This document shows positions 1-10,516 of a stretch of 64,000 nt of DNA, piece after piece. The position numbers and the translations under genes were made by a program. Where the stretch lies: IMG/VR virus record IMGVR_UViG_3300028888_000051, positions 163,384-227,383 of that record; one strand, written 5' to 3'. Origin of the DNA: a virus (lineage: Duplodnaviria > Heunggongvirae > Uroviricota > Caudoviricetes). A model generated the notes under the pieces. That model did no database searches. It worked only from the letters and a program-made list of their open reading frames with translations, and was not told where the DNA came from. The stretch's first letter is position 1. Every line of letters begins with the position of its first letter.

Positions 1-14
1 ATAGTATAAATAAA

Positions 15-2039
15 ATGAGTCGTGAACAAGAAAAAGATGCACGTAGAATGAATGATATTAAATTAGTTAAAAATATTTTTGGTGATGGACCTAATATGGT
101 ATATAATGATTTACATTCTTATATGGGTCAATTTGCTAATAATGAAAAAGCATATAAAGATGCTATTGAACAATTAAAACAAAATAAAGCTGAAAAAAAT
201 AAGGAAAATACAGATAAAGAACAAACAAAAACAGAAGCTTTTGATGATAATCAATTAGATAATGATGAAGTATGGTATTTAGAATATCAAACTAATATTC
301 CGGGAGAAACTTCTTATCTAAATAAAGCTTGGAGAGAAGCTGATTTACTTTCTGATAATTTAGATCAAGCTGCTAAATTTATTTCTCGTGATAATGCAAT
401 GACTGAATTACAAGAATTATATGCATCTAAACAAACTTCTTTTCCATTTAAACCGATAATTGGAGGAGCTTTTGAAGAATGTGGAGCATGTGCTACAACA
501 AATGCGAGTTTAGGTTCAGCTGTACAATATGTTAGTAATAAGAAAAAAGAAGAAAGTTTCGATGAAGAAAAATTAACTGAAGATCAAAGACTTGATGTAA
601 AAGATCGCTCAAAATTAAACAAAGAACTAATTAAAATAGCTAATATTAAAGATTTTGCTGGTAACGTTATTGGCAAAGCAGGTAAAACATTCCAAGAATA
701 TGCTGATAATAATGAATTAGGCTTTAATTATGATGAAAACGGTAATATAATATTTAACCAAAATGATAAAACATTAAGAGTTGCGGATGAATTGGCTAAT
801 CGTAGAATAGCTTTAGATTATGTTACTAATCAACCAATAGGTATGATTGACACTATTGGTAAAGTAAGAGATTTACATGGTAAACAAATTGGCTATTCAG
901 ATACTCGTGAAGCTGCAAAAAATCGTGGTATAGATTTAGATAAGCTTGACATAATATCTACTCATGATGATAATTGGCAATATACACAAAAAGCAGGTTC
1001 ACATTGGCGTAATGATGCAAATGCTATAAAATTTATGGATAAAGAAGGTAACATTAGAGATAAATATGCAGATGCTTGGCAAACTATAGCGAAAGATAAT
1101 AAAAAATTAAGAGATAATCCAGAATTATTACAAACAATGTTTGGTGGTTATTTCGAAAAAGGACAAATCTTAGATCCAAAATCATTTAAACAGCGTGTAT
1201 TAGAAATAAATGATACTTTTGGATTAGAATTAAATCCTGATGAACCAATGATTCCAAGTCAAATGAAAGCAGGTGGAAAACAACAGCAGGAATTTTATAA
1301 ATGGCGTGATAATTACTATAAACCTTTATTTAATGCTTCTCGTAGAAAAAATAAAGCTGCTGATAAAATTAATGCTGATAGAGAAAATTTTAGTAAAGAA
1401 CAAGATGAGTGGAGAGCTTCAGCTAATGATCGTGCTGAACAAGAACAAAGTATTCAGTATTTTATAAATGATATGCAAGATGCTAATAAACAATTTATGG
1501 ATGGTAAAATAAGTGGAAAAGATTTAAAAAATAAATTTATGTCCATTGCCTCAAATGATGCTATTCCAACATATATTAAAAGTAAATTAGCTAAAGATAC
1601 TTATAATGCATTCGCTTCTTATGATGAAGATATGGCTGATATGTGGAAAGAATTGAATAATCAATATTTTACTCAACAAGAATCTGTATTAACTGAAGAT
1701 GATTCTCCTGCTGATTTTGCAGATGGTCCTATATCATCAAATATGACTGGAACTATATCAACTACAGATCAAACAATAGATCAAACAGATACAATTTCAG
1801 ATGGAATAGATGATTATGGATTAGAAGAACCTAATATGAGTGGAGGAGCCAGTTTCGGTGATATAAATATTAATGCTGGGCCAGGAGAAAATGATGAAGC
1901 TCCTATTCAATCTACTGAAAACAAAAGAATTATAGATGTATTAGTAAATGAAAATGATCCATCTCAAATTAAATTAAAAATAAAAGATATGGATACAAAT
2001 AAAATTGAATTAAAAGATTTATCTGAAATTGATGTTTAA
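15..2039 (+). CDS. hypothetical protein (674 aa), D/N/K-rich
   Basis: long ATG ORF; no family motif recognised by eye. Confidence 0.5.
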   Translation: MSREQEKDARRMNDIKLVKNIFGDGPNMVYNDLHSYMGQFANNEKAYKDAIEQLKQNKAEKNKENTDKEQTKTEAFDDNQLDNDEVWYLEYQTNIPGETSYLNKAWREADLLSDNLDQAAKFISRDNAMTELQELYASKQTSFPFKPIIGGAFEECGACATTNASLGSAVQYVSNKKKEESFDEEKLTEDQRLDVKDRSKLNKELIKIANIKDFAGNVIGKAGKTFQEYADNNELGFNYDENGNIIFNQNDKTLRVADELANRRIALDYVTNQPIGMIDTIGKVRDLHGKQIGYSDTREAAKNRGIDLDKLDIISTHDDNWQYTQKAGSHWRNDANAIKFMDKEGNIRDKYADAWQTIAKDNKKLRDNPELLQTMFGGYFEKGQILDPKSFKQRVLEINDTFGLELNPDEPMIPSQMKAGGKQQQEFYKWRDNYYKPLFNASRRKNKAADKINADRENFSKEQDEWRASANDRAEQEQSIQYFINDMQDANKQFMDGKISGKDLKNKFMSIASNDAIPTYIKSKLAKDTYNAFASYDEDMADMWKELNNQYFTQQESVLTEDDSPADFADGPISSNMTGTISTTDQTIDQTDTISDGIDDYGLEEPNMSGGASFGDININAGPGENDEAPIQSTENKRIIDVLVNENDPSQIKLKIKDMDTNKIELKDLSEIDV

Positions 2040-2410
2040 TCTTTTTTAGCTAATTTTTTATTTTCAATCATTTTAGTAAAAATAAATTTACCTATGTCTG
2101 CTGATAATCGGCAGACATATTCTTTCTGTAAACCAATCGTACTATTTGTTTTTAAATTTTTTATATAAAAATATCTAGAATTATAACTTAAATTAAACAC
2201 ATCTTTTTTATCATTTTTAATAAAATTAAATTCTAAAAGATCTTTTAACTTTTTATGTAAAATTAATAAATTTGTATAATTACCTATATGAAGTGTATAG
2301 TCTTTTTTACGTAAAGCGTAAGTATCGAATTTAACTATACTGTGTTTAGATTTATCAGCTTTAGTTTCAACTATACTAATATCATAATCTTTAGCTGCAG
2401 CCATTGTCAT
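2036..2410 (-). CDS. hypothetical protein (124 aa)
   Basis: ORF with RBS-like aaaaaggag upstream on minus strand; TTCTATA motif (2436-2446, minus) 25 nt upstream. Confidence 0.45.
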   Translation of the reverse strand: MTMAAAKDYDISIVETKADKSKHSIVKFDTYALRKKDYTLHIGNYTNLLILHKKLKDLLEFNFIKNDKKDVFNLSYNSRYFYIKNLKTNSTIGLQKEYVCRLSADIGKFIFTKMIENKKLAKKD

Positions 2411-2563
2411 ATTAAAATCTCCTTTTTAATTTCATCATATAGAATATAAGTTTTAATAAAAAAGTAAATAATAATTTTTCCAAAGTTAAGAAATCGCCTA
2501 ACTACAAAGAATTTAGCTCGGCTAATCTTAGCTATACATTTTTTATTTTTAACAAAACAAAAA

Positions 2564-2614
2564 ATATAATATAATAATATATAATTAATAATATAATATA
2601 ATATAATATAATAA
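2564..2614. repeat. (ATAAT/ATATA)n microsatellite in intergenic region
   Basis: aatataatataataatatataattaataatataatataatataatataat read directly. Confidence 0.7.
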
Positions 2615-2740
2615 AAAAAAACAAAAAATTATTTTAACTTTTGCATTAACACTAACTTTGGCTTTTTATTTTTAAAATTTTTTAAATTTAAATATTTATG
2701 TTTTTTTGAAATAAGTTCTAAATTCTAAAAGGAGAAAATT

Positions 2741-3298
2741 ATGCAAATTTATGGTAATCCTAATTTATCTGATAAATTTTTTGTTTATTTAGAAGATAAT
2801 AGTATTAATTATGTAAGAGATTTTGAAACAGCTAAGGGTTATATTCAAAATCCAAATTATAAAAAATGGTTTGGAAAAACTTTATATTGTACAAATGAAG
2901 ATATAGTAAAAGCTTATGATGGTAAATTGTACTTAAAAAGCAAAGTTCCAGAAAATCCAAATGAAATAAAAATATATGATAATAAATCTTTTTTTATTAA
3001 TAATTGTAAAAAATATATTGAAAATACATTAAATGATTTGAGTATTGAATATGGTTATGTATCTTTTTATCAATTAATATCTTGGAAAGATTCAAAAATA
3101 TTAAAAAACAAACAATTAGCTGAAAAAATGTTAAATTATCGTGATAAATTATATAATTTCTATTCAAAAATATACAATAAACATAAAAAACAACTAGAAA
3201 ATACATCAGAATTATTAGATTTATCAAATATTTACACAGAATTTTTAGAAAATATTCCAAAATTTAAAAAAGTTAAAGAAAATGAAACAAACAATTAG
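2741..3298 (+). CDS. hypothetical protein (185 aa)
   Basis: ATG ORF with aaaaggag RBS; AGTTCTAAAT motif 18 nt upstream. Confidence 0.55.
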   Translation: MQIYGNPNLSDKFFVYLEDNSINYVRDFETAKGYIQNPNYKKWFGKTLYCTNEDIVKAYDGKLYLKSKVPENPNEIKIYDNKSFFINNCKKYIENTLNDLSIEYGYVSFYQLISWKDSKILKNKQLAEKMLNYRDKLYNFYSKIYNKHKKQLENTSELLDLSNIYTEFLENIPKFKKVKENETNN

Positions 3299-4184
3299 AT
3301 TATATATAATACCTACTTATAAAAATCCTTATGTAGATGAATATTATCTATTTGATCAAAATAATAAAAATACACTAGATGTAGTATGGTTAGATAATGC
3401 TTTAATTGAATTAAAAAATAATTATAATATTTTACAAACAGAAATTTGTGGGGGAGAAATAACAGTATTATCTGATTTTTATTTTAATATTTTGTTTCAA
3501 TTAATAAAAATGAATTGTAATAAAATTATTGTATCTACAAATTTTATAGATTTTAATAAATCTATAATAAATCTTTGTGATATAATTAATGTAAAATATA
3601 ATTTTAATGGTTATAGTAAATATAAAACTATTGTTTATAACAATATAAAGGCAGCAATAGCTGAAAATAAAATTATTAATTTAAAATCACTAGATATATC
3701 TTGTAAAAACAATCATAAATTAATTATTGAAGACTTAAATAGATTAAAAATAAAATCTTGGGAAATTATTCCATATCATCAATCTATTTATTCAAAAGCT
3801 ATTCCATTAAATTATACTGAATATGAAGAATTAATAAGAAAATATTTATTTTCAGCAAAAGATATGAAGTTTGCTTTTCAAAATAAACTTCAATTAGATG
3901 AAATCTTACCAATAGATAACTATAATATTAAAAATATTTATATTACACCGAATAATAAATTTGCCATAACAGAATTTAACAAAAACAATAAATTTAAATT
4001 CGTTGAATATGATAATTTATCTAATTTACAGAAAAAAATAGAAGAAATGGAAAATTTACGTGATAATTTTTGTTATAATTGTGATTCTAAATTACGATGT
4101 CTAGCAAATAGATTAATAAATTTAAATTATACTGGTAAAAGTTGTAGTGGTTTTAAAGATTTAATAAAATATTATAACAAATAA
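3282..4184 (+). CDS. hypothetical protein (300 aa); possible degenerate paralog of the radical-SAM family at 21.7-25.5 kb (CGGE motif, C-terminal Cys cluster, no CxxxCxxC)
   Basis: EICGGEITVLSDFYFNILFQLI resembles GGE[IF]F...LF segment of ORFs 21696-25451; C-terminal CYNCDSKLRC...CSGF; no N-terminal Cys triad. Confidence 0.4.
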   Translation: MKQTIRLYIIPTYKNPYVDEYYLFDQNNKNTLDVVWLDNALIELKNNYNILQTEICGGEITVLSDFYFNILFQLIKMNCNKIIVSTNFIDFNKSIINLCDIINVKYNFNGYSKYKTIVYNNIKAAIAENKIINLKSLDISCKNNHKLIIEDLNRLKIKSWEIIPYHQSIYSKAIPLNYTEYEELIRKYLFSAKDMKFAFQNKLQLDEILPIDNYNIKNIYITPNNKFAITEFNKNNKFKFVEYDNLSNLQKKIEEMENLRDNFCYNCDSKLRCLANRLINLNYTGKSCSGFKDLIKYYNK

Positions 4185-4205
4185 ATATCCTTATGGAGTA
4201 GATAG

Positions 4206-4772
4206 ATGAATTTTATGTCAGTAATTTTAGAAGAGCGGAAATTAACAGCAAAAGATACTAAAAAGTTTGGTTCAACTATAGAAAATTTAAAAAACATAAT
4301 AAAAAAAGAAAAAGTTAAAATTAGCAAAAATATTAAAAAAGTAGGTAATTCAATGTATTGTGTAAATGCTTTACCTTATATTGCAAGTACTAGAGATGTA
4401 TTAAAAAAACCAGATATTGTATGTTCTATACGTGTAAATTGGAAACAAAAATCATATATTGGTATGTCTACAAATGATATTATTAATGAATTAAAAGAAC
4501 AATGGTGTTGGTATACTTCTATTGTTGATGAAGAGCATAGTCGTAATAAATTTAAAAATAAAGATATTATTTGTGTTGTATTTGATTCAAAAGAACAAGC
4601 TGAAAAAAATATGGAAATTTTTAAAAAATTGTTTATGACAGCTATTGAACAAGATTGTGTAGAAGAATACAAAAAGTTTAAACAAAATCCAGATAAAAGA
4701 GTTCTTAGTTTTGATAAACTTGTAGATAATGCATATGAATTATACGAAAAAGTTGATAAAGGTGAATTATAA
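4206..4772 (+). CDS. hypothetical protein (188 aa)
   Basis: ATG ORF in same-strand array. Confidence 0.5.
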   Translation: MNFMSVILEERKLTAKDTKKFGSTIENLKNIIKKEKVKISKNIKKVGNSMYCVNALPYIASTRDVLKKPDIVCSIRVNWKQKSYIGMSTNDIINELKEQWCWYTSIVDEEHSRNKFKNKDIICVVFDSKEQAEKNMEIFKKLFMTAIEQDCVEEYKKFKQNPDKRVLSFDKLVDNAYELYEKVDKGEL

Positions 4773-4793
4773 TTTTAATTCAAGGAGATACTA

Positions 4794-5114
4794 ATGACAA
4801 AAGAAATTAAAATTTTAGTTAAAGGTAAATATGGTATTGGTAAAACTACATTTATAAATACTATACGAGATATTTTAAAAAAGAATAAAAAATTTAAAGA
4901 ATTATTTGAAGGTTATGAATTTGATGTTTATGAATTTACTACAGATGAAGAAAAAGAAAGTCAAGCGGCTACAAGTAAAAAATGGACCATTACAGAAGGT
5001 AAATTTGAAGAACAAGAATTTATGGTTGTAGCTTATAAAAAATCTTTTTTCAAAGGAATTTGGTTAGCTATAATTAAGATGTTTAAAGCAATTTTTAAAC
5101 TATTTATAAGATAA
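4794..5114 (+). CDS. small P-loop NTPase-like protein (106 aa)
   Basis: Walker A-like GKYGIGKTT near N-terminus; aaggag RBS. Confidence 0.45.
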   Translation: MTKEIKILVKGKYGIGKTTFINTIRDILKKNKKFKELFEGYEFDVYEFTTDEEKESQAATSKKWTITEGKFEEQEFMVVAYKKSFFKGIWLAIIKMFKAIFKLFIR

Positions 5115-5195
5115 ATTGGAAATTTAAATAATATTTTTTGTTTATTTTAAGACTTCTATATTTGTGATAGTACAATTTAGAGGTCTTTTTATATT

Positions 5196-7061
5196 ATGAA
5201 ATTTAATATACGCCGGATAGAAATTGAAAATTTTAGAAGTATACAATCTAAGGTTACAATTAATATTAAACCTGGTCTATATTCTATTGAAGGTATAAAT
5301 AATGATGAAAAAACCAGTACGAATGGAGCGGGAAAATCTTCATTAATTTCAGCTTTATATTGGTGTTTAACTGGCAATGCTTTAACAAATGAAGCATTAG
5401 CCGATGATGTCATAAACGCTAAGGTTGGTAAGAATTGTAAAGTAAGTGTTTTTATTGAATCATTACAAGGTGATATAAAAATCACTAGGACAAGAGGAGA
5501 TTCTGAATTTGGTAATAATTTATTTCTTGAAATAGCAGATCAAGATTTAACTTGTCATAAAGTTGCGGATACTCAAACAAGAATTAATCAATTGTTTAAG
5601 ATTCCGTTTGATTTATTACATAGTACTATCATGATGACTCACGACATTAAGTCTGCTTTTTCTGAACTTACTCCACAACAACGTGTACAAACTTTAGAAA
5701 GTATACGTGATTATTCTATTTGGGATAAAGTTAGAGATGAAGCAAATAAAGATATCAAAATATATAACAAAGAAATACAGGAGCTTAATTTGAAATTAAG
5801 TAACATGAATGGTAGTAAGCAAACATATGAAAAAATGATTGCTGCTGCGGGAGAAAACTATAAAGTAGTTGTTAAATCTTTTGATAAAATCGAAATTGAT
5901 AATAAAATTAATAGTCTAATAGAAGAAAATAAAAACTATGCTATTGAAATAGCAAATTTAGAATCTGATATTAAGGAATTTAATAATTTTATTGAAAAAA
6001 ATACAGATAATTCTTTACAAAAAAGACTTAATGAGATTACTGATACTGCTAGCAATATTAAACTTTCACTTCAGAGTGCGGAATACGAACGGAAAGAGAA
6101 AGTAAAGGATATTGATATTATCAATGCTTGGTTTAAAAATGATAAATGTCCTACCTGCGGTCATTTATTGGATAGAACAGAAGAAGAAAAAGCTGTAAAA
6201 TCTAGCCATCGTGATGAATTAAATAAACAGCTCAATCTAATTGATGAAAAAGTAAAAAAATTAAATAATGATATTGCTTTAAAGCGAGAAGAGTGGGCAC
6301 AAGTAAATACTCAATTGAAGGTTAGTGAAAAAACTTTAACAGATTTTAGAGCTAAATTGAGTGAAAGTAATAATAAGATAAATATTCTTAAGAGTAAAGA
6401 GCTTGCAAATACGCGAGAGTTAGCTAAGCTTGAGTTAGAAAAAAATACTCACTCTTCTCAAGTAGATAAGTTAGACAAAGATATTATCTCTTATAAAAAA
6501 GAAATAGAGTCAATCTCAGCTGGCGAAGCTATCATCAATGAACAACTTAAGTTACTTGAAAATAAAAAAGAGTTATCTGATTACTTTTTTAAGTTACTTG
6601 GTAGTAAAGGTGAGTTAAGGCCTTATCTTTTAAAACAAGATATTTGTTATTTAAATAACTGTATGCAAACATATATACATCAATTTTTTGAAAATACTGA
6701 AGTTGAATTACGTTTAGAAGGTCCAAATATAGAGATTTTAATAAATAGTAATGGTATTAAGAAAAAAGTAACAAGCTTATCGGGTGGTGAAAAAAAGCGC
6801 CTTAATATTGCTATTCAACTTGGTCTATATGATTTAATACAAGCTACTTCACAAGTATGTTTTAATGTACTTTGGTTAGATGAAATTGAATCAGAATTAG
6901 ATCAAGCAGGTGTAAATCAATTAATTAATATAATTGAAGATAAATCTAATGATGCTGAAACTGTATTTTGGATTACAAATCATCCAAACGTTAAGGAAAG
7001 TATTACAAATAAAATTATATGTACTAAATCTTTAGGTGTAACAACTATTGAGGAGAGATAA
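5196..7061 (+). CDS. recombination endonuclease ATPase subunit, SbcC/Rad50-like (T4 gp46-like)
   Basis: N-terminal Walker A GAGKSS, central coiled-coil with CPTCG zinc hook-like motif, C-terminal LSGGEKKR signature and LWLDEIE Walker B. Confidence 0.8.
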   Translation: MKFNIRRIEIENFRSIQSKVTINIKPGLYSIEGINNDEKTSTNGAGKSSLISALYWCLTGNALTNEALADDVINAKVGKNCKVSVFIESLQGDIKITRTRGDSEFGNNLFLEIADQDLTCHKVADTQTRINQLFKIPFDLLHSTIMMTHDIKSAFSELTPQQRVQTLESIRDYSIWDKVRDEANKDIKIYNKEIQELNLKLSNMNGSKQTYEKMIAAAGENYKVVVKSFDKIEIDNKINSLIEENKNYAIEIANLESDIKEFNNFIEKNTDNSLQKRLNEITDTASNIKLSLQSAEYERKEKVKDIDIINAWFKNDKCPTCGHLLDRTEEEKAVKSSHRDELNKQLNLIDEKVKKLNNDIALKREEWAQVNTQLKVSEKTLTDFRAKLSESNNKINILKSKELANTRELAKLELEKNTHSSQVDKLDKDIISYKKEIESISAGEAIINEQLKLLENKKELSDYFFKLLGSKGELRPYLLKQDICYLNNCMQTYIHQFFENTEVELRLEGPNIEILINSNGIKKKVTSLSGGEKKRLNIAIQLGLYDLIQATSQVCFNVLWLDEIESELDQAGVNQLINIIEDKSNDAETVFWITNHPNVKESITNKIICTKSLGVTTIEER

Positions 7062-7064
7062 TTA

Positions 7065-8099
7065 ATGAAAATAATGGTTTTTGGAGATATACATTTTCAT
7101 AATTCACATCGTTTTTCAAATATTGAACCTCAAGGATATACAACTAGAGAAATTGAACAATATAATTGTGCAAATACATTAATTAAAATAGCCAAAGAAG
7201 AAAATATTGATAAAGTTGTATTTTTAGGTGATGCTTGGCAAGCTGTTGGAGATACAATTTCTGCTGAAACGCAATCAATTATGATTGAATTTTTTGCTCA
7301 ATTGAGAAGATATTTACCAAATTTAGCAGTAATTCTTGGTAATCATGATTTAATTAATAATGATCCAACTATAAATAAACTTAATTTTCTTAAATATATG
7401 CCTCCAATTGAATTTTTTTCAAAACCTGAGGTAAAAAATGAGTTTGTTTATATGCCTTATTGTTTAAATGACGATGAAGCTATTCGTTTTTTAGAAAATA
7501 TTTCAGAAAAACAAAATAAAATAGTTTTTTCACATTTAGAATTAGGAGGAATAAATTTGGGTAATGGTATTTTTACTCAAAAAGGCGTTCCATTAGATTT
7601 ACTTAAACAATTTAAAATGACTTTACAAGGACACTATCATTCAGGTGGAAGTTATGGTCATAAAATTCAAATAGCTGGTTCTACACAAAGGCTTTCTTTT
7701 AAAGATAAAGGTATTTCACGTAATAATATTATTATTTATAATACTGATACTGATAAAATTATTAGAAAAAGTTTTGAAAGTCCAGATTGGTTAGTATTTG
7801 ATGATGATAACATAGAGAATATTCTTAAAATAGACAATAATAATTACGTTAAGGTTGATTTAACCAGTGATATTTTATTAACATCTGAAATAAAAACTAA
7901 ATTAGAACAAGTAAAAAATAAAACAGTACATATAGATTTAACACGTATATCTATAAATAAACAAATTACAGAAGAAATATCAGAAAAAGAAGATAATTTA
8001 GATGTAATAAGAAAATTTATTATTAAATCTAATAATACAGATGATAAAAAAGAACAATTAATACAAGAAGGAGTAAGATTATTAAATAAAATTAGTTAA
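7065..8099 (+). CDS. recombination endonuclease nuclease subunit, SbcD/Mre11-like (T4 gp47-like)
   Basis: calcineurin-like phosphoesterase motifs GDIHFH, LGDAWQ, GNHDL, GHYH; directly follows gp46-like gene. Confidence 0.8.
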   Translation: MKIMVFGDIHFHNSHRFSNIEPQGYTTREIEQYNCANTLIKIAKEENIDKVVFLGDAWQAVGDTISAETQSIMIEFFAQLRRYLPNLAVILGNHDLINNDPTINKLNFLKYMPPIEFFSKPEVKNEFVYMPYCLNDDEAIRFLENISEKQNKIVFSHLELGGINLGNGIFTQKGVPLDLLKQFKMTLQGHYHSGGSYGHKIQIAGSTQRLSFKDKGISRNNIIIYNTDTDKIIRKSFESPDWLVFDDDNIENILKIDNNNYVKVDLTSDILLTSEIKTKLEQVKNKTVHIDLTRISINKQITEEISEKEDNLDVIRKFIIKSNNTDDKKEQLIQEGVRLLNKIS

Positions 8100-8202
8100 A
8101 TTGGAAAATTTATTTAAATATTTTATGGATTATTTAACTTCTATAAAATGTAAAGTTTAATTTTTTGAATATAAACATGTTTATTTAAAAGGAAAATGTA
8201 AA

Positions 8203-9027
8203 ATGGAAAAAAGTTATAATGAAGAATGGATGAAAGATATTTTAAGTAGGAGTAAAGAAGCAATGGATGATTCATCTGGTTCATATCCTTCAACTGAATG
8301 GGTACAATATAAAAAAGGTTTCAAAAAGAGTATTACTTTTAAATTGATGCCTGCAAATAGTAAAGAAAACAATGTTTTTAGTCATATAGTTGCTCAACAT
8401 TGGATTCAAACATCAGATGGTAAAACAAAAAGATTCGTTTGTCCAGAAGAAACTGTACATTTGAAAGGTCAACATGTAAAATGCCCAGTTTGTGAAGCTA
8501 AACGTAAATTAAAAGCATTAGGTTTTACTGATGAGCAATTGAGTGTTGAAGGTAAATTTGGTTTAGTACCTGTATTTGATCCTAAATTTACTTCTAATGC
8601 AAAAGTTGTAGTTCTTCAGTCTGATGAAAAACAAGATTGGGATAGAGCTCATATTTCTGTATTACAACAGAATGGTACTTTCATGACTGTTTGGTTAGCT
8701 CAAAAATATGCTAGTAACGAAATTCCTAATTTTACTGAATTAGCATCTAGTAATCCTATTAAATTTTCTCGTCCAACAGATTCAGGTAAATGGGAACGTG
8801 AATTTAGTTTTAATGTATTTAATCCTTCTAGTGATGTTTTAGCAAAATTAAAAGAAGAAAATGAAGCATTAACTTTACCTGATTTGTGGAAAATGCCTTC
8901 AGATCAAGAGTTTATTGAAATTAGTCAATTGATGGAAGATATGCAAAAAAATTATCTTGCTGCTAGAGATACAATGACTAATACTTCTACTGATACTTCT
9001 ACTGTAGAGGATGACATTCCATTCTAA
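8203..9027 (+). CDS. single-stranded DNA-binding protein, T4 gp32-like (tentative)
   Basis: segment FKLMPAN...FSHIVAQHW...KRFVCPEE...KCPVCEAKRK resembles gp32 LP...FAILVNHG...IETCSS zinc region; acidic C-terminal tail TDTSTVEDDIPF. Confidence 0.5.
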   Translation: MEKSYNEEWMKDILSRSKEAMDDSSGSYPSTEWVQYKKGFKKSITFKLMPANSKENNVFSHIVAQHWIQTSDGKTKRFVCPEETVHLKGQHVKCPVCEAKRKLKALGFTDEQLSVEGKFGLVPVFDPKFTSNAKVVVLQSDEKQDWDRAHISVLQQNGTFMTVWLAQKYASNEIPNFTELASSNPIKFSRPTDSGKWEREFSFNVFNPSSDVLAKLKEENEALTLPDLWKMPSDQEFIEISQLMEDMQKNYLAARDTMTNTSTDTSTVEDDIPF

Positions 9028-9037
9028 GTCATCCTAA

Positions 9038-9091
9038 TTGTGGTGGTGTGGCTGGTTTTTTACATGAGAGTTTCCTTCCAGCCACACCAGA
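9038..9091 (+). promoter_or_regulatory. GC-rich perfect 12-bp stem-loop (TGGTGTGGCTGG ... CCAGCCACACCA) immediately upstream of the HNH gene RBS
   Basis: inverted repeat read directly; 29-nt T-rich loop; followed by GAGGAA RBS of ORF 9101. Confidence 0.6.
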
Positions 9092-9100
9092 GGAATTTAA

Positions 9101-9538
9101 ATGTTAAAAAAAGTACCTTTAAAAAATAAAAATAATCAATTGAAAAAAACACCTTTAAAATCTAATTCAAAAGGATTAAAGGTGAATTCTTTTTTAAAGA
9201 AAAATAAGGAAACAACACTTAATAATAATTCAGAATTAAATAAACAAAACGAAAAAGCAAAAAAGAAATGGGAAAAGGTTCGCAATCAAGTATTAGAACG
9301 AGATAATTATAAATGTGTGGTTTGTGGAAAACCTGCAACTCAAGTACATCATATTCATCTTAGAAGTAAACGTAAAGATTTATTATATGAAATGAATAAT
9401 TTAATAAGTTTATGTGATAGACATCATTTTCATAAAAGTAATGAAAAATATGAAGAACAAAATGAAGTTATTGCTAAAGCTAAACATATAACTATTGAAG
9501 AATTGTTAAAATTTGCAGAAACAAGAAGTGAGGAATAA
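9101..9538 (+). CDS. HNH endonuclease (free-standing, homing-endonuclease-like)
   Basis: CVVCG...VHHIHLRSKRKD...NLISLCDRHHFHKSN HNH/zinc motif; Lys-rich N-terminus. Confidence 0.75.
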   Translation: MLKKVPLKNKNNQLKKTPLKSNSKGLKVNSFLKKNKETTLNNNSELNKQNEKAKKKWEKVRNQVLERDNYKCVVCGKPATQVHHIHLRSKRKDLLYEMNNLISLCDRHHFHKSNEKYEEQNEVIAKAKHITIEELLKFAETRSEE

Positions 9539-9541
9539 GTT

Positions 9542-9952
9542 ATGAAAGAAGTGATTGTTTGGAAAGATTTTCAAGAAAATCATAAATGTCAATTGAGATT
9601 GGTAGACAGTCATTATGGTTTAGGTACTTATTTCAAAACTTGGAAAGAAGGATATTACAGTACAATTAAAGGTATAAATGTAGATTTTATAGTCTATGTA
9701 TATACTGGATATCCTTGTGGAGCTTCAGAAAAACATTATTGTAAAGAAAAAGAAACTTATGAAAAATATTTAGGTAAATGTTACAGTATTGAAGAATTGT
9801 ATGAAGATGCTGAATCTTTCGGATTCAATAGAGAACAAGTAGATGCTTTTATAAGTCAAGAAGAAAAAAGATGGGTTTATGATGATAATGGTCGTTTAAT
9901 AGAATTTAATGATGGCTGGAGTTGGAATGCTAATCAATTAGAAAAGGAATAG
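9542..9952 (+). CDS. hypothetical protein (136 aa)
   Basis: ATG ORF, gaggaa RBS. Confidence 0.5.
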   Translation: MKEVIVWKDFQENHKCQLRLVDSHYGLGTYFKTWKEGYYSTIKGINVDFIVYVYTGYPCGASEKHYCKEKETYEKYLGKCYSIEELYEDAESFGFNREQVDAFISQEEKRWVYDDNGRLIEFNDGWSWNANQLEKE

Positions 9953-9955
9953 ATT

Positions 9956-10408
9956 ATGGAAGAGTTTGATATTGAAAAGGTAGAAGCTTTAGATTATGAA
10001 GCCATTAAACAACAATTATATCTTATTTTTAAAGAAGAGAAGGATGTAGTTGCTTTTGTAAATTTTTTACAAAATGTTCAAAAATTTGCTAGTTTATCTA
10101 CAGATAAGCGTCATATGAATCTTGTTAATCTTGCATATTTTCGTTCTCAAATTCAACTTTATGAAAAAAAGATTCAGTCTCTGATAGATAAAAAAAAGAA
10201 TGAACAAACACGAGCTGCTATTAAAAAAGCTAAAGGTATTGGTGAAAAATTAACAGAAAGTGTTATTTTATATCATACTGAAGAAAATGAAATATTAGAT
10301 AGTTTAAATGAATTACATAATCTTGTATATGCTTGGTCTTTATATATGAGTGATTTATACTTTATTTGTGGTCAAACTAATAAAAATTTGGGAGATTTAA
10401 ATATATAA
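9956..10408 (+). CDS. hypothetical protein (150 aa)
   Basis: ATG ORF, aaggaa RBS. Confidence 0.5.
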   Translation: MEEFDIEKVEALDYEAIKQQLYLIFKEEKDVVAFVNFLQNVQKFASLSTDKRHMNLVNLAYFRSQIQLYEKKIQSLIDKKKNEQTRAAIKKAKGIGEKLTESVILYHTEENEILDSLNELHNLVYAWSLYMSDLYFICGQTNKNLGDLNI

Positions 10409-10516
10409 GATTATTTACTATTTGGAAATTTAATTTCTCAATGATTTTACAAATTAAAGTTTTTAAATTAATTTATTATTCATAAGTGTATTTTAATAAA
10501 AAGGGAATTATCATAG

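Noticed and set aside
2490-2560. Short palindromes TTAGCtcgGCTAA / TAGCT...AGCTA followed by T-run
   Set aside because: Stems are only 5 bp. This could be a weak terminator but is not convincing.
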